DNA of 64,000 nt from an uncultured Clostridium sp. (GCA_948469315.1 CAOKLQ010000003.1:80007-144006), one strand, 5' to 3'; shown: positions 23,916 through 34,369, numbered from the stretch's first letter. The notes: generated by a model from the sequence alone, not told the origin. Made by a program: numbers and translations.

Positions 23916-24263
23916 TTAATCAACAATTTTTTCTCCTAATTTCTTCCCACCCAATAAATGATAATGCAAATGCATTACTTCTTGACCTGCATCTTTTCCA
24001 CAGTTTACTATTACTCTATATCCTGTATCTTCTAATCCTTGCTGTTTTGCTATGTCTTTTATTTTTGTATATATCTTTCCTACTAGTAATTCATCTTGCT
24101 TTTCTAATTTATTTATTGATTCTATATGTTTTTTTGGTATTACTAGTATGTGTATTGGTGCTGCTGGCTGTATGTCTTTAAATGCTAATATTTCTTCATC
24201 TTCATATACAATATCTGCTGGTATTTGTTTTTTTATTATTTTACAAAATAAACAATCTTGCAT
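23916..24263 (-). CDS. HIT-family protein
   Basis: 115 aa; histidine triad HLHYHLLGG. Confidence 0.85.
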   Translation of the reverse strand: MQDCLFCKIIKKQIPADIVYEDEEILAFKDIQPAAPIHILVIPKKHIESINKLEKQDELLVGKIYTKIKDIAKQQGLEDTGYRVIVNCGKDAGQEVMHLHYHLLGGKKLGEKIVD

Positions 24264-24292
24264 TTTTTTACCTCCAAATTATTTATCTTTAA

Positions 24293-25312
24293 TTAATTCT
24301 CAACTATTACATTACTTTCATTATAAGCTGATCCATAAATATTTAAACATATAGTAGTACAACCTTTTATAAGTATTGTTCCATTTAGATTATATATTCT
24401 CCCTACAATTCCGCCATTTCTATATACTGCATCTTCTTTAGAATTATTATTAACATTACCATTATTTGTACAATTTATTACATATGTTTTAGTATTTAAT
24501 GTTGTAGCTTCACCTATATATCCTATTATTGCTCCTGCATTTTTAGGAGAATTTATATTACCAGTATTTGTACAATTTTTTATACTAGAGTTTGATAATC
24601 TACAAACTATTCCACCAGCATTATATTCTATAGAATATATATTTGCTTCATTTATACAGTTTTCAATTGTACTATTATTTATTTCTCCCGCTATAGCTCC
24701 AACTCTCTGATTAGCCAATATACTACTTTTTTCTGAAGAAATCCTTATATTTTTTATTATACTTTGTTCTGCATATCCAAATAATCCAACATTGTTAGCT
24801 GTTTCGTCTTTAAAAAATAAGCCTCTTATTAAATGGTTATTTCCATTAAAATTCCCTTTAAATTTATTATTTTCTGTTCCTATTGGTAACCAATTCTTAG
24901 TTGAATCTAATTCTATATCATTTACTAATGCAAACCATATTCCTTCAAAGTTTCTTCCACCATTTACTAGATTTGATAATGCTAATAATTGATCTGCATT
25001 TGTTATATTATATGGTTTTTCTTCTGTTCCATTTCCTTGCGTTGCTTCTATTCCATATAATGTTCCTACATTTTCTTGTCTTCCTATACTTAAATAGTTT
25101 TCTAACTTTTGTAATTCTTTTTCTTCATCTATTTGAGATTGATTTGTTTTTTGTTTTGCAATTTTTGCTTTTGTTATTATTCCATTTTCTCCTAATACCA
25201 TATTTAAACTTACTGCTGATAATATTAATAATACTATTATCGTGATAATTAGGACAATTAGGGTTATTGCAGAATTTGATATTAATTTATTTGTAGGCTT
25301 TTTCTTTTTCAT
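24293..25312 (-). CDS. membrane-anchored surface protein with parallel beta-helix-like NxG / GG(A/I)(I/V) repeats
   Basis: 339 aa; N-terminal KKKKPTNK then a hydrophobic anchor; body built of repeats such as IENCINEANIYS..NAGGIV, IKNCTNTGNINS..NAGAIIGY, INCTNNGNV. Confidence 0.45.
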   Translation of the reverse strand: MKKKKPTNKLISNSAITLIVLIITIIVLLILSAVSLNMVLGENGIITKAKIAKQKTNQSQIDEEKELQKLENYLSIGRQENVGTLYGIEATQGNGTEEKPYNITNADQLLALSNLVNGGRNFEGIWFALVNDIELDSTKNWLPIGTENNKFKGNFNGNNHLIRGLFFKDETANNVGLFGYAEQSIIKNIRISSEKSSILANQRVGAIAGEINNSTIENCINEANIYSIEYNAGGIVCRLSNSSIKNCTNTGNINSPKNAGAIIGYIGEATTLNTKTYVINCTNNGNVNNNSKEDAVYRNGGIVGRIYNLNGTILIKGCTTICLNIYGSAYNESNVIVEN

Positions 25313-25364
25313 TTATTTTCCTTCTTTCTTGTAAGTTGCTTTATTATAACCCTTACATAGAATT

Positions 25365-27119
25365 TTAATCTTCTATTAAAATTCCTTTTATTCTCCTTAT
25401 TCCCGCTGAACTTGCTTCTTCTTTTTTTATTTTAAATGTTCCAAGTTCATTTGTATTTTTTACATGTGGGCCTCCACATAATTCTTTTGATACATCTCCT
25501 ATTGTATATACTGTAACTTCATCTGGATATTTTTCTATAAACATACATTCTGCTCCTGATTTTATTGCATCTTGCTTCTTCATTGTTTCTACTGTTACTT
25601 TTATTCCTTGTTTGATCCATTTATTTACTAATTCTTCTACTTGCATTTTTTCTTCATTTGTTAATTTATGATCACAGTTAAAATCAAATCTCATTCTATC
25701 TACTGTTATGTTTGAACCTCTTTGATGCGTATCTGGTCCAAGTACTTTTTTTAATGCTGCATTTAATAGATGTGTTGCAGTATGATATTTTATTGTTGTT
25801 TTGTTTTGCTCAGATAATCCTCCTTTAAATTTTGCCTCTGAGCCTTGTCTTGATTTTTCTTGATGCTTTCTAAATAATTTGTTAAATTCTTCTAATTCTA
25901 TTTTCATCCCATTTTCTTTTGCAAGCTCTTTTGTTACTTCTGGTGGAAATCCATATGTATCATATAACTTAAATACTATATTTCCATCTATTTTATCTTT
26001 TCCTTCTTGTTTTGCTTTATTCATTGCTTTTGTAAATTCTTTTTCTCCATGTGATAATGTTTTTACAAATTTATCTTTTTCATCTAATATTGTTTGTTTT
26101 ATTATTTCTTTGTTTGTTTCAAGTTCTGGATACATTTCATTTAAGTTTTTAATATTTATATCTATTATATTTGATAATTCATTTAAATCTATTTGCAGTT
26201 TATTCATATGTCTTATCATTCTACGAATTAATCTTCTTAAAATATATCCTCTATCTACATTACTTGGTCTTCCTCCGTCTGATATTATCATCATGCTAGA
26301 ACGAAGGTGTTCTGCAATTATTCTTCTGCTTTCTATTAAGTCTACTTTTTGCAAATCTTCTAGTTTTTCCATTATTGGTTTAAAGATTTCTGTATCAAAT
26401 GGAGTTTCTTTACCTTGCAAAAGCATTGCCATTCTCTCTAATCCTAGACCTGTATCAACATTTTTTTGATCTAATTTTGTATATGTGCCATCTTTTGATT
26501 TAAAATATTCCATAAATACATTATTCCAAATTTCTACATACTTGCCACAATCGCAACAAGGTTCACAATTTGGAGAGCATGCTGGTTTTCCTGTATCATA
26601 AAATATTTCTGAATCTGGTCCACATGGACCTTCTTCTCCTGCTATCCACCAATTCTCATCTTTACCATAGTAATATATATGTCCATCTAATATTCCTGCT
26701 TTTTTCCAGCATTTGGCTGCTAGTTCATCTTTAGGACAATTTTCATCTCCTGCAAATACTGTTACAGATAATTTTTCTACTGGGATGTTTAGCTCTTTTG
26801 TCAAAAATTCAAAACTCATTGCTATTGTTTCTTCTTTAAAATAGTCTCCTAAAGACCAATTTCCAAGCATTTCAAAATATATTAAATGCCTATTATCTCC
26901 AACCTCATCTATGTCGGTTGTTCTAACACATTTTTGATAATCTGTAAGACGCTTTCCTTCTGGATGTGCTTGTCCTAATAAATATGGAACAAGTGGCTGC
27001 ATTCCTGCTATGTTGAATAAAACCGATGGATCATTTTCTGGAATTAGCGGAGCGCTTGGTATTACTTTATGTCCATGTTTTTCAAAAAAGTCTAAATATT
27101 TATTTCTAATTTCTATTGC
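25365..27119 (-). CDS. alanyl-tRNA synthetase-like protein (catalytic + editing domains, no C-terminal C-Ala domain)
   Basis: About 584 aa starting MKAIEIRNKYLDFFEKHGH after an AGGAGG RBS; class II AlaRS motifs, editing-domain HxxxH (HTATHLL) and CGGPHV; ends about 280 aa short of canonical AlaRS. Confidence 0.7.
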   Translation of the reverse strand, partial: AIEIRNKYLDFFEKHGHKVIPSAPLIPENDPSVLFNIAGMQPLVPYLLGQAHPEGKRLTDYQKCVRTTDIDEVGDNRHLIYFEMLGNWSLGDYFKEETIAMSFEFLTKELNIPVEKLSVTVFAGDENCPKDELAAKCWKKAGILDGHIYYYGKDENWWIAGEEGPCGPDSEIFYDTGKPACSPNCEPCCDCGKYVEIWNNVFMEYFKSKDGTYTKLDQKNVDTGLGLERMAMLLQGKETPFDTEIFKPIMEKLEDLQKVDLIESRRIIAEHLRSSMMIISDGGRPSNVDRGYILRRLIRRMIRHMNKLQIDLNELSNIIDINIKNLNEMYPELETNKEIIKQTILDEKDKFVKTLSHGEKEFTKAMNKAKQEGKDKIDGNIVFKLYDTYGFPPEVTKELAKENGMKIELEEFNKLFRKHQEKSRQGSEAKFKGGLSEQNKTTIKYHTATHLLNAALKKVLGPDTHQRGSNITVDRMRFDFNCDHKLTNEEKMQVEELVNKWIKQGIKVTVETMKKQDAIKSGAECMFIEKYPDEVTVYTIGDVSKELCGGPHVKNTNELGTFKIKKEEASSAGIRRIKGILIED

Positions 27120-27189
27120 TTTCATAATTTTCCTCCTATATTTTACATATCTATTAATATAACAAGTATTATATTTTAGCATGTTTTTA

Positions 27190-28249
27190 TTAAATTATTC
27201 TTATTTCTTTGCTAGCTTTTGTTAATCTTTGATAAGTTTGTTTTTGTACTAATACTGTATCTTCTATTCTTATTCCAAATATTCCTGGAATATATATTCC
27301 TGGCTCATTTGTTATTATCATATTTTCTTTTAGATTAAAATCTTTTTTTCCTATATATGGCATTTCATGAACTTCTAAACCTACTCCATGTCCTAGTGCA
27401 TGGTCTAATGTATATCCATTTATTTTAAAATCACTTTCTACCATCATTGTTAGAGTTCTAACATTGCTATCCTCTCTTATTTGTCTTAATACTTTTTCTT
27501 GGTTTGTTAGTACTAAATTATAAATCTTTTTCTCACTATCTGTTATTCCATCTACAAATATAGTTCTTGTCATATCTGACGAATAACCCTTATATTTACA
27601 TCCAAAATCTATTAATATAACATCATTCGACTCAATTTTTCTATTTGTTGGAACAGCATGTGGCATTGATGAGTTTTCTCCTGACGCTATTATTGTTTCA
27701 AACGCTATGTCACTTGCACCTAATTCATACATATGGTTTTCAAGCTCTCTTGCAATTTGTATTTCCGTCATTCCTTTTTTTATGTATTTACAAATATATT
27801 CAAAACTGTTATCTGTAATTTCACATGCTTTTTTTATTTTTTGTATTTCTTCATCATCTTTTATCATTCTTTGTTCTTCTATTATGTTTTCTGTTTCTAC
27901 CAAATTATTAATTTTGTATATGTGCATATATTCTTTATATTTTGCGTATGTTACATAATTTTCCTCAAATCCAACATTTTCGCAAAACATAAAAAAATTT
28001 TCAAAATCATTTGAATCTATATCTCTTATATTATATACTACAATTTCATCTTCTAATGTTAATGTTTTATTTACAGTTTCAATATACCTTGGGTCAGTTA
28101 TATAAATGTTTTCTTTCCTTGTAATTAAAAGTACCCCTTCGGCTTCTATTCCGTGTTAGATACTTTATATTAATAGGATTAGACACAATCATTCCTTCCA
28201 TATCTAATCCTCTTATTTTATTTCTTAAACATATTATTTTATCATTCAT
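27190..28249 (-). CDS. Xaa-Pro aminopeptidase (M24 family), frame interrupted at in-frame CGG (28151-28153)
   Basis: C-terminal 266 aa has the M24 motifs (HGVGLEVHE, NEPGIY). The N-term MNDKIICLRNKIRGLDMEGMIVSNPINIKYLT lies in another frame. Skipping the C at aca-CGG-aat gives YLTGIEAEGVLLITRKENIYITDPRY. Confidence 0.75.
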
Positions 28250-28290
28250 AAAACTATTTCCTTCAAATTAATATTATTCTTAAGAGAAAT

Positions 28291-29046
28291 CTATTCTTTG
28301 TACATTCCTAATGTAAAAATTTTTAGTAATGCTAGTAATATAAAGTCAAATGGTACAAATATTGTTATAAATACCGCTATTATTATAAATGGTCCAAATG
28401 GTATATATTCATCTATTTTTTTAATTTTACTTACTAATAGTATTATACTAAGTATTGCTCCTATTAAAAATGACATTACCGAAATTGCTATTATATTTTG
28501 AAATCCAAATATTAACCCTAATACTCCCATTAGTTTTACATCACCAAATCCCATTGCTTCTTTTCCTGCAATCATTGAGCCTATTATAGTAATTGTTAAA
28601 AATATACCTGCTCCTGTTACCATTCCAAGTAGCATATTAACAGCCATATTTATGTTTGATTGCCCATGTATAAACATAAATAATAGTGCTACTTCAAACA
28701 TTGTTAAAACTAATCTATTTGGTATTATTTGTAATTTATAATCTATAATAAATGCACATAATAGCATTGGTGTTAATATTATGTATTTTATAAGTTCTAT
28801 ATTATTACTTATATTCTTATTGCTCCAACCAAATTTATATAATAAAGCCACAAATATAAAACATGTTATAAAAATTAATATGTAGTTTGGTTTAAACTCT
28901 CTTTTATATTCTAATAGAATTTCTTTTGAAAATACTTTTTTATATTCTGGCAATCTTTTATTTGCCCAGTCTATTAATTGTCCTGTAATTATACCTCCTA
29001 TTATAACCAAAGCATAATAGAATATACTAATATTGTTAATATACAT
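28291..29046 (-). CDS. A24-family prepilin peptidase
   Basis: 251 aa polytopic membrane protein with the GFGDVKLMGVLG catalytic-Asp motif. Confidence 0.7.
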   Translation of the reverse strand: MYINNISIFYYALVIIGGIITGQLIDWANKRLPEYKKVFSKEILLEYKREFKPNYILIFITCFIFVALLYKFGWSNKNISNNIELIKYIILTPMLLCAFIIDYKLQIIPNRLVLTMFEVALLFMFIHGQSNINMAVNMLLGMVTGAGIFLTITIIGSMIAGKEAMGFGDVKLMGVLGLIFGFQNIIAISVMSFLIGAILSIILLVSKIKKIDEYIPFGPFIIIAVFITIFVPFDFILLALLKIFTLGMYKE

Positions 29047-29049
29047 AAT

Positions 29050-29550
29050 TTATGTATTCTCCTTTGTTTTTTTATAATTTTCTATTATCTTATTTTCTAT
29101 TGGTCTTTTTAAAACAGTAATCCAAATGTCTTTTTCAGAAATTGGCTTTACTAAAATTGAAAACATTTTACATCTATTTGCCCCTAATACATCTGTAAAT
29201 ATTTGATCTCCAACAACGCCTATATGTTTACTGTCTATTTGAAGTTTTTTTTGTATTTTTCTAAAGCCATGTTTTAAAGGTTTCATTCCAAAATAAAAGT
29301 AGTCTATATTTAGCTTTTTAGCAATTTTTTCTACTTTATTTGCATCATTGGAATTTGACAAAATATAAAATTTTATTCCATTTTGTTTCATGGTATATAT
29401 CCATTGTTCTAATCCTTTAATTATATTTTTTTCTATATCTATTAATGTATTATCTACATCTAAAATTAATGCTTTTATATTATTCTTTATTAAAAATTCA
29501 GTATCTATATCTGTTATTTTTTCAAAATATTTTTTTGGATATAAAATCAT
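29050..29550 (-). CDS. YqeG-family HAD-IIIA phosphatase
   Basis: 166 aa; ILDVDNTL motif and family-typical size. Confidence 0.75.
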   Translation of the reverse strand: MILYPKKYFEKITDIDTEFLIKNNIKALILDVDNTLIDIEKNIIKGLEQWIYTMKQNGIKFYILSNSNDANKVEKIAKKLNIDYFYFGMKPLKHGFRKIQKKLQIDSKHIGVVGDQIFTDVLGANRCKMFSILVKPISEKDIWITVLKRPIENKIIENYKKTKENT

Positions 29551-29577
29551 TTTCTTCTCCTAGTTTATGCAAAGTAT

Positions 29578-30210
29578 TTATTTTATACTCTTTATAGCTT
29601 TTTTTCTTATTCTTTGAATCGCATTGTCTATAGACTTAACAGGAGTATTTAATTTAGTTGCTATATCTACATAACTTTCCCCTTGAATATATCTATCTAG
29701 TACTTGTTTTTCAAAATCACTTAAGTTTTTGTCTATTGCATCTTCTATAGATTCATAATATTCTTTTTTTGTTATTGTTTCTAATGGATCTTCAACTGTT
29801 TTACTATTAAATACTTCTATTAATTCTGTATCTTCATCATTATCATATGCAGAATTATTTAATGACAAATAAGAATTAAGTGGCATATGTTTTTGTCTAT
29901 TTGAAGTTTTTATTGCGGTAATTAGTTGTCTTTCTATACACATATTTGCAAATGATTTAAAACTATTTTTCTTATCATTACTATAACTTTTTATAGCTTT
30001 ATATAATCCAATCATTCCTTCTTGAACTATATCTTCCTTTTCTGCTCCAATTATGAAATATTTACTAACTTTCATATTTACAAGTTCTTTATATTTTCCT
30101 AATAAATATTCTAAAGCGTGTTTATCCCCTAATGAAGCTTTATCTACTAAATCTTCATCAGGCATATTCTCATATAAATCTAAAGAATAATACACACCAT
30201 TTTTGTTCAT
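29578..30210 (-). CDS. sigma-70 family sigma factor, SigH-like
   Basis: 210 aa; region 2 (DIVQEGMIGLYKAIKSY) and region 4 HTH (ESYVDIATKLN..KSIDNAIQR) with the spacing typical of clostridial SigH. Confidence 0.7.
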   Translation of the reverse strand: MNKNGVYYSLDLYENMPDEDLVDKASLGDKHALEYLLGKYKELVNMKVSKYFIIGAEKEDIVQEGMIGLYKAIKSYSNDKKNSFKSFANMCIERQLITAIKTSNRQKHMPLNSYLSLNNSAYDNDEDTELIEVFNSKTVEDPLETITKKEYYESIEDAIDKNLSDFEKQVLDRYIQGESYVDIATKLNTPVKSIDNAIQRIRKKAIKSIK

Positions 30211-30329
30211 ATATATTATGTACCTCCTGCTTAATATCTGTTTAGAATTATATTCAACAAATCTAGATGTGTCAATACATTTTTGGTTTTTTTGTAATAA
30301 TTTATACTATATTGCAATTTTAAAGCTAT

Positions 30330-31143
30330 TTATAATTCTATTTTACTTATTTCAACCTTTTTACCTAATAGTTTTTCAGCTACATTTATGAAATTACATT
30401 CTGTGTCTGTTAGATTTATTTCATATTTTTGAGAGTAACTACAGTTACCTCCATTTTCCCCTCTACAGTTTAATATTTGGTTTTCTTCTAAATATCTCTT
30501 TAGGTATTTGGCCATTTGCTTTCCTGTGTTTATAGTTTCTACTTTATTTCCTAGTTCTTCTTGTATTAATTTTTCAAATAATGGATAATGTGTACAACCT
30601 AATATTAATTTTTCTATTTTTGTATTTTTAAATTTACTCATATATTCTTTTATTGCCATTTTTGCAACATTATTTCCGGATCCATCCTTCTTCTGCCATA
30701 GGTGCTAAAAGCGGCGTTTGTATTGATATTGTCTCTATTTTATTATTTTTTAACTTTATTTGTTTTTCCCACTGTGCACTTCTTATACTTCCTTTTGTTG
30801 CTATTATTCCAACACTTTTTGTATTTTTATTAATACAATTTTGGATTGTTGGCTCTATTATTCCAATTATTGGTATTTTATATATCTTCCTTAATTCTTC
30901 TAAAGCCTGACTTGTTGCAGTTCCACAAGCTATCACTATTAATTTTACATCTTGCATAATTAGATAATTTATTATTTGTTTTGAAATAGATATTATACTT
31001 TCTTTAGACTTATTTCCAAATGGAAATCTTTTTGTATCTCCTATATATATTATATCCTCATTTGGCAAAGTTTTAGTTATCTCTGAAAAGACTGTTAATC
31101 CACCAACTCCAGAATCAAATATACCTATTTTTCTATTATCCAT
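30330..31143 (-). CDS. murI: glutamate racemase MurI, frame interrupted at in-frame CGG (30676-30678)
   Basis: 157-aa N fragment (IGIFDSGVGGLTV, IACGTAT) and 109-aa C fragment (LGCTHYPL) both match MurI. Skipping the C at atc-CGG-aaa gives EEGWIGNNVAKMAIKE. Confidence 0.8.
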
Positions 31144-31264
31144 ATTATTTTTCCTTTCATTATAATGTATTTAATATAATAACAAATAATAACATTTTTT
31201 TCAAATATACATAAAATATATTAAGCAAATGCTTAGAATTTTTTAGAAAGGAAAGAAAATAATT

Positions 31265-31729
31265 ATGGAATTTGATAAAAAACCTATGTGTCCAATTGTT
31301 GGTGTAGATGGATTTATTGAATCTGGAAAACAATTTGATTTAGATATTACTTTACCAGAAGATAATAGAAATGTTATTTATGGAATAGTTAAAGATTGTT
31401 ATAAAGAACCAGTTTGTGATGCAGTTGTTAAACTTATTGAAGTTGTTAAAGATTGTGGAAAAGTAGAAAAACGTCCTGTTTCTCATACTTTTACAGATAA
31501 AGATGGAAGCTTTGTATTTGGACCACTTTGTCCAAATAAATTTTATGAAGTACAAATTTGGGCTGACCAAGTTGAACATTATAAAATTTGCGCTAGTGGA
31601 AAACATGAAGGAAAATGTTTACGTGGTGAAAAAATGGATTGCTGTGACTTTGATTTAAGACTAGAAAAACCATGTTGCCCAAGAGAAGAAGAATGTGAGC
31701 AAGAAGAATCTAGCGAATGTTGTAAGTAG
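31265..31729 (+). CDS. Cys-rich protein with a prealbumin-like (carboxypeptidase-regulatory-like) motif; possible spore surface protein
   Basis: 154 aa; TDKDGSFVFGPL motif; 14 Cys including paired CC and CxxC; acidic C-terminal tail ending SSECCK. Confidence 0.45.
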   Translation: MEFDKKPMCPIVGVDGFIESGKQFDLDITLPEDNRNVIYGIVKDCYKEPVCDAVVKLIEVVKDCGKVEKRPVSHTFTDKDGSFVFGPLCPNKFYEVQIWADQVEHYKICASGKHEGKCLRGEKMDCCDFDLRLEKPCCPREEECEQEESSECCK

Positions 31730-31742
31730 ATAATAAAAATTA

Positions 31743-31772
31743 AGGAAGTGGCACACCACCTCCTTAATTTTA
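31743..31772 (+). terminator. hairpin plus T-rich tail after the Cys-rich gene
   Basis: aaggaagtgg-cacac-ccacctcctt followed by aatttta. Confidence 0.4.
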
Positions 31773-31976
31773 TATTATAAATAATTAATTTATTTTTTAA
31801 AACGAGTTCGACATTTAGCCATTTAACATTTAATACAGTTAAAATGTGTATCTATAATTTAAATATTTTCTATATTAAACGCCTTGGATGCTGGAGTTAT
31901 TTGAACGAAGTGAATTACAAATCCAGTAAGCTTTAGCTGAACGGAATTCAAAAAATAAATTAATTATTTAAGTTAT

Positions 31977-32366
31977 TTAAAACACATTTTTAATTATAAA
32001 TTTATATTTTTCCTCTATATGTCTTAATATAAAAATCGTCTCTTCTAAATCTTGCGTTGTTTCTTCGTAAGAAGTATTTTCTATATTTCCTTTTATTAAA
32101 TTTATTTTAGATCCTACCTTTTCTAATTCGTCATGTTCAATATAATAGGCAAGTTTACTTTCTTTTTGTTTCCACAAAATATCAAGTTCATCCATTTTGA
32201 CTTTTACTATTTCTTCATTTAATTCTTCTTTTATTGTTTCTTGTTTTATTTCTTCTAACTTATTAATTAATAAATTTACACTTTCTTTTGTATAGTTCTG
32301 AGTAATATAATTTAACATTATTATAAATACTAACATTAATAATGTAATTATAATTTCTTTTTTCAT
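31977..32366 (-). CDS. DUF4363-family protein
   Basis: 129 aa with N-terminal TM, directly downstream of a DUF421 gene as is usual for this pair. Confidence 0.55.
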   Translation of the reverse strand: MKKEIIITLLMLVFIIMLNYITQNYTKESVNLLINKLEEIKQETIKEELNEEIVKVKMDELDILWKQKESKLAYYIEHDELEKVGSKINLIKGNIENTSYEETTQDLEETIFILRHIEEKYKFIIKNVF

Positions 32367-33095
32367 TTAATTTTTCTCCTTTTTCTGACAAAATATATTA
32401 CCCTTTCCATCAAATGTTACAATTAACGCTTCTTCTGATTTTATATTAAATTTCTCTAACTGCTTTTTAAGCCAATTTTCGTCTTTTCCAATTTTTAGCA
32501 AATTCTTTCTCATTATTTCTCCATCTATTACTAAATCATATGGTATCCCTTCATACTCTGCTTCTATATTAAAATCTTCTGGAGTTGTAGTTCTTTTATT
32601 TGGTTTTGGTATAACGGTTATTTGTCCACTTGTTTCTAATATTGCATACTCTACATCTCCTAAATTCATTATATTGGCTCCTCTTAGCCTTTCTTCTAAT
32701 TCATTTATTGTAAATCTTTCCTTTTTTAGGGCTTTTTCATCTATTTTTCCTCTATATATTAAAATGTTAGGTTTGCCACAAATTATTTGTCTAAATTTTA
32801 TACTTTTCATATTTAAGACAGAAATTAATAAATGCATAAGTAATAATCCTAAAATTGGAATTATTCCATTTGTAATTGGTATTCCAAGTTCAGACATTGG
32901 AATACTAGCTAAATCTGCTATCATTATAGAAATTGCAAGTTCAAATGGTTGAAGCTGTCCTATTTCTCTTTTTCCCATAAAGCGCATTACTATTAGAACT
33001 AATATGTATAAAATTATTGTTCTTACTAAAATAATTAGCATTCTAACCTCCTTATTTTGAATTGATTTTATTTTTTCTAGAACATAGAATTCCAT
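32367..33095 (-). CDS. DUF421 (YetF-like) membrane protein
   Basis: 242 aa; N-terminal TM helices then a YetF C-terminal domain. Confidence 0.65.
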   Translation of the reverse strand: MEFYVLEKIKSIQNKEVRMLIILVRTIILYILVLIVMRFMGKREIGQLQPFELAISIMIADLASIPMSELGIPITNGIIPILGLLLMHLLISVLNMKSIKFRQIICGKPNILIYRGKIDEKALKKERFTINELEERLRGANIMNLGDVEYAILETSGQITVIPKPNKRTTTPEDFNIEAEYEGIPYDLVIDGEIMRKNLLKIGKDENWLKKQLEKFNIKSEEALIVTFDGKGNIFCQKKEKN

Positions 33096-33284
33096 GTTCT
33101 TACATATATAATATTTATTTTTTATTACTAGATTTTTTTATTTAATTTTATTTTCTTCAAATTCATATAAATTATTCAGGTTTGAATAATAATTTATTTT
33201 CTGTAAATAATACTAATAACTGTGATGAATTTTTATTTTCTTCACAATTTATAATTTTACTCTTTTTAAGGAGGTTTAAGTAAA

Positions 33285-33662
33285 ATGGCAAATAGTCAGA
33301 GTAGCTCTAACTCAGAAAGTACAATGGGAGCTGTAGGTCAAGTTATTTGGCGTTTAGTAACAGCTGCTGTTGTTCTTGCAATAACTGCATTTTTTACTCC
33401 TGGTTTTAGTATAAATAATTTTTGGACTTTAGCAATAGCTGCTGTTGTTTTAACTGCAATAGACTATTTAATTGTTAAATTTACAGGTCTTCATGTAAGT
33501 AGCTTTGGTAAAGGTTTTGTAGGTTTTGTTTTAGCAGCAGTTACATTATATGTAACTCAGTTCTTTGTAGCTGGTTATACTATTTCTTGGATGGCCGCTA
33601 TTATTGGTGCTTTAATCTACGGTGTAATTGATTATTTTATTCCAGGCGAGCAAAATATGTAA
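33285..33662 (+). CDS. small 4-TM membrane protein (phage-holin-family-4-like)
   Basis: 125 aa; AGGAGG RBS; four hydrophobic segments with small-residue motifs (GxxxG-like) and a short charged C-terminus. Confidence 0.4.
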   Translation: MANSQSSSNSESTMGAVGQVIWRLVTAAVVLAITAFFTPGFSINNFWTLAIAAVVLTAIDYLIVKFTGLHVSSFGKGFVGFVLAAVTLYVTQFFVAGYTISWMAAIIGALIYGVIDYFIPGEQNM

Positions 33663-33669
33663 TAAAAAA

Positions 33670-33707
33670 TTACAGGTAGAAAATTAACTTCTACCTGTAA
33701 TTTTTTA
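33670..33707 (+). terminator. rho-independent terminator
   Basis: tacaggtag-aaaattaact-ctacctgta followed by TTTTTT. Confidence 0.8.
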
Positions 33708-33790
33708 TACTATTGTAGTCGAAAATAAAAAAATTATCATATTTAAACTCACTTATTAAGAAATAAGTTTAATTAGATAATTCTTTAAAT

Positions 33791-33865
33791 TGGCTGGGCT
33801 GGCTAGATTCGAACTAGCGCATGCCAGAGTCAAAGTCTGGTGCCTTACCGCTTGGCTACAGCCCA
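33791..33865 (-). tRNA. tRNA-Gln (UUG)
   Basis: Reverse complement folds as a cloverleaf with anticodon loop cuUUGac, T-loop GTTCGAATC and 3' CCA. Confidence 0.85.
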
Positions 33866-33880
33866 ATATAAAATTAAAAC

Positions 33881-33958
33881 TGGGGTGGAAGATGGGACTC
33901 GAACCCACGATCTCCAGTGCCACAAACTGGCGCGTTAACCAACTACGCTACATCCACC
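33881..33958 (-). tRNA. tRNA-His (GUG)
   Basis: Reverse complement has anticodon stem-loop ccagt-ttGTGgc-actgg, T-loop GTTCGAGTC, 3' CCA and an extra 5' G. Confidence 0.8.
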
Positions 33959-34066
33959 ATGTTTAAATGCACCTCTTGTGAGCACATTATTTATTTTAAA
34001 CTATATTGATAGTGTTTGTCAATTAGATTTTATATAAAGTCTTTAAAACTTTAATAAAGGCTAAAT

Positions 34067-34150
34067 TGGTGCGGATGAAGGGACTCGAACCCCCACGCCT
34101 AAGGCACTGGTTCCTAAGACCAGCGCGTCTACCAGTTCCGCCACATCCGC
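34067..34150 (-). tRNA. tRNA-Leu (UAG)
   Basis: 84 nt with long variable arm; anticodon loop cuUAGga; T-loop GTTCGAGTC; 3' CCA. Confidence 0.85.
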
Positions 34151-34369
34151 ATATCATATTAATTATAATACTACAATATCAGTAGTTTGTCAATACAATT
34201 TTTTTCTAAGTTTCAAGATCAAATTTCTAATTTTTATTTAAATAATCCTTATATTTATTTTTCTTCCTTAAAATAGTTTATCTTTATAAATTTTTACTTG
34301 TTCTATCATATGTCCAATATTGCCTTCTCCTGCAAATTGGATTTAGGTCAGTTATTTAGACACATATTT

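Noticed and set aside
27119-27190. T-box leader upstream of the AlaRS-like gene
   Set aside because: Only 8 nt separate it from the preceding pepP stop, which is too short for any riboswitch or T-box.
29578-30210. Calling the sigma factor definitively sigH
   Set aside because: Domain organisation fits SigH, but the canonical sigH neighbourhood (rRNA and ribosomal protein genes) is not present here; kept as SigH-like.
33285-33662. Prophage next to the tRNA cluster because of a holin-like small membrane protein
   Set aside because: No other phage structural, lysis or integrase genes are adjacent; an isolated 4-TM protein is insufficient evidence.
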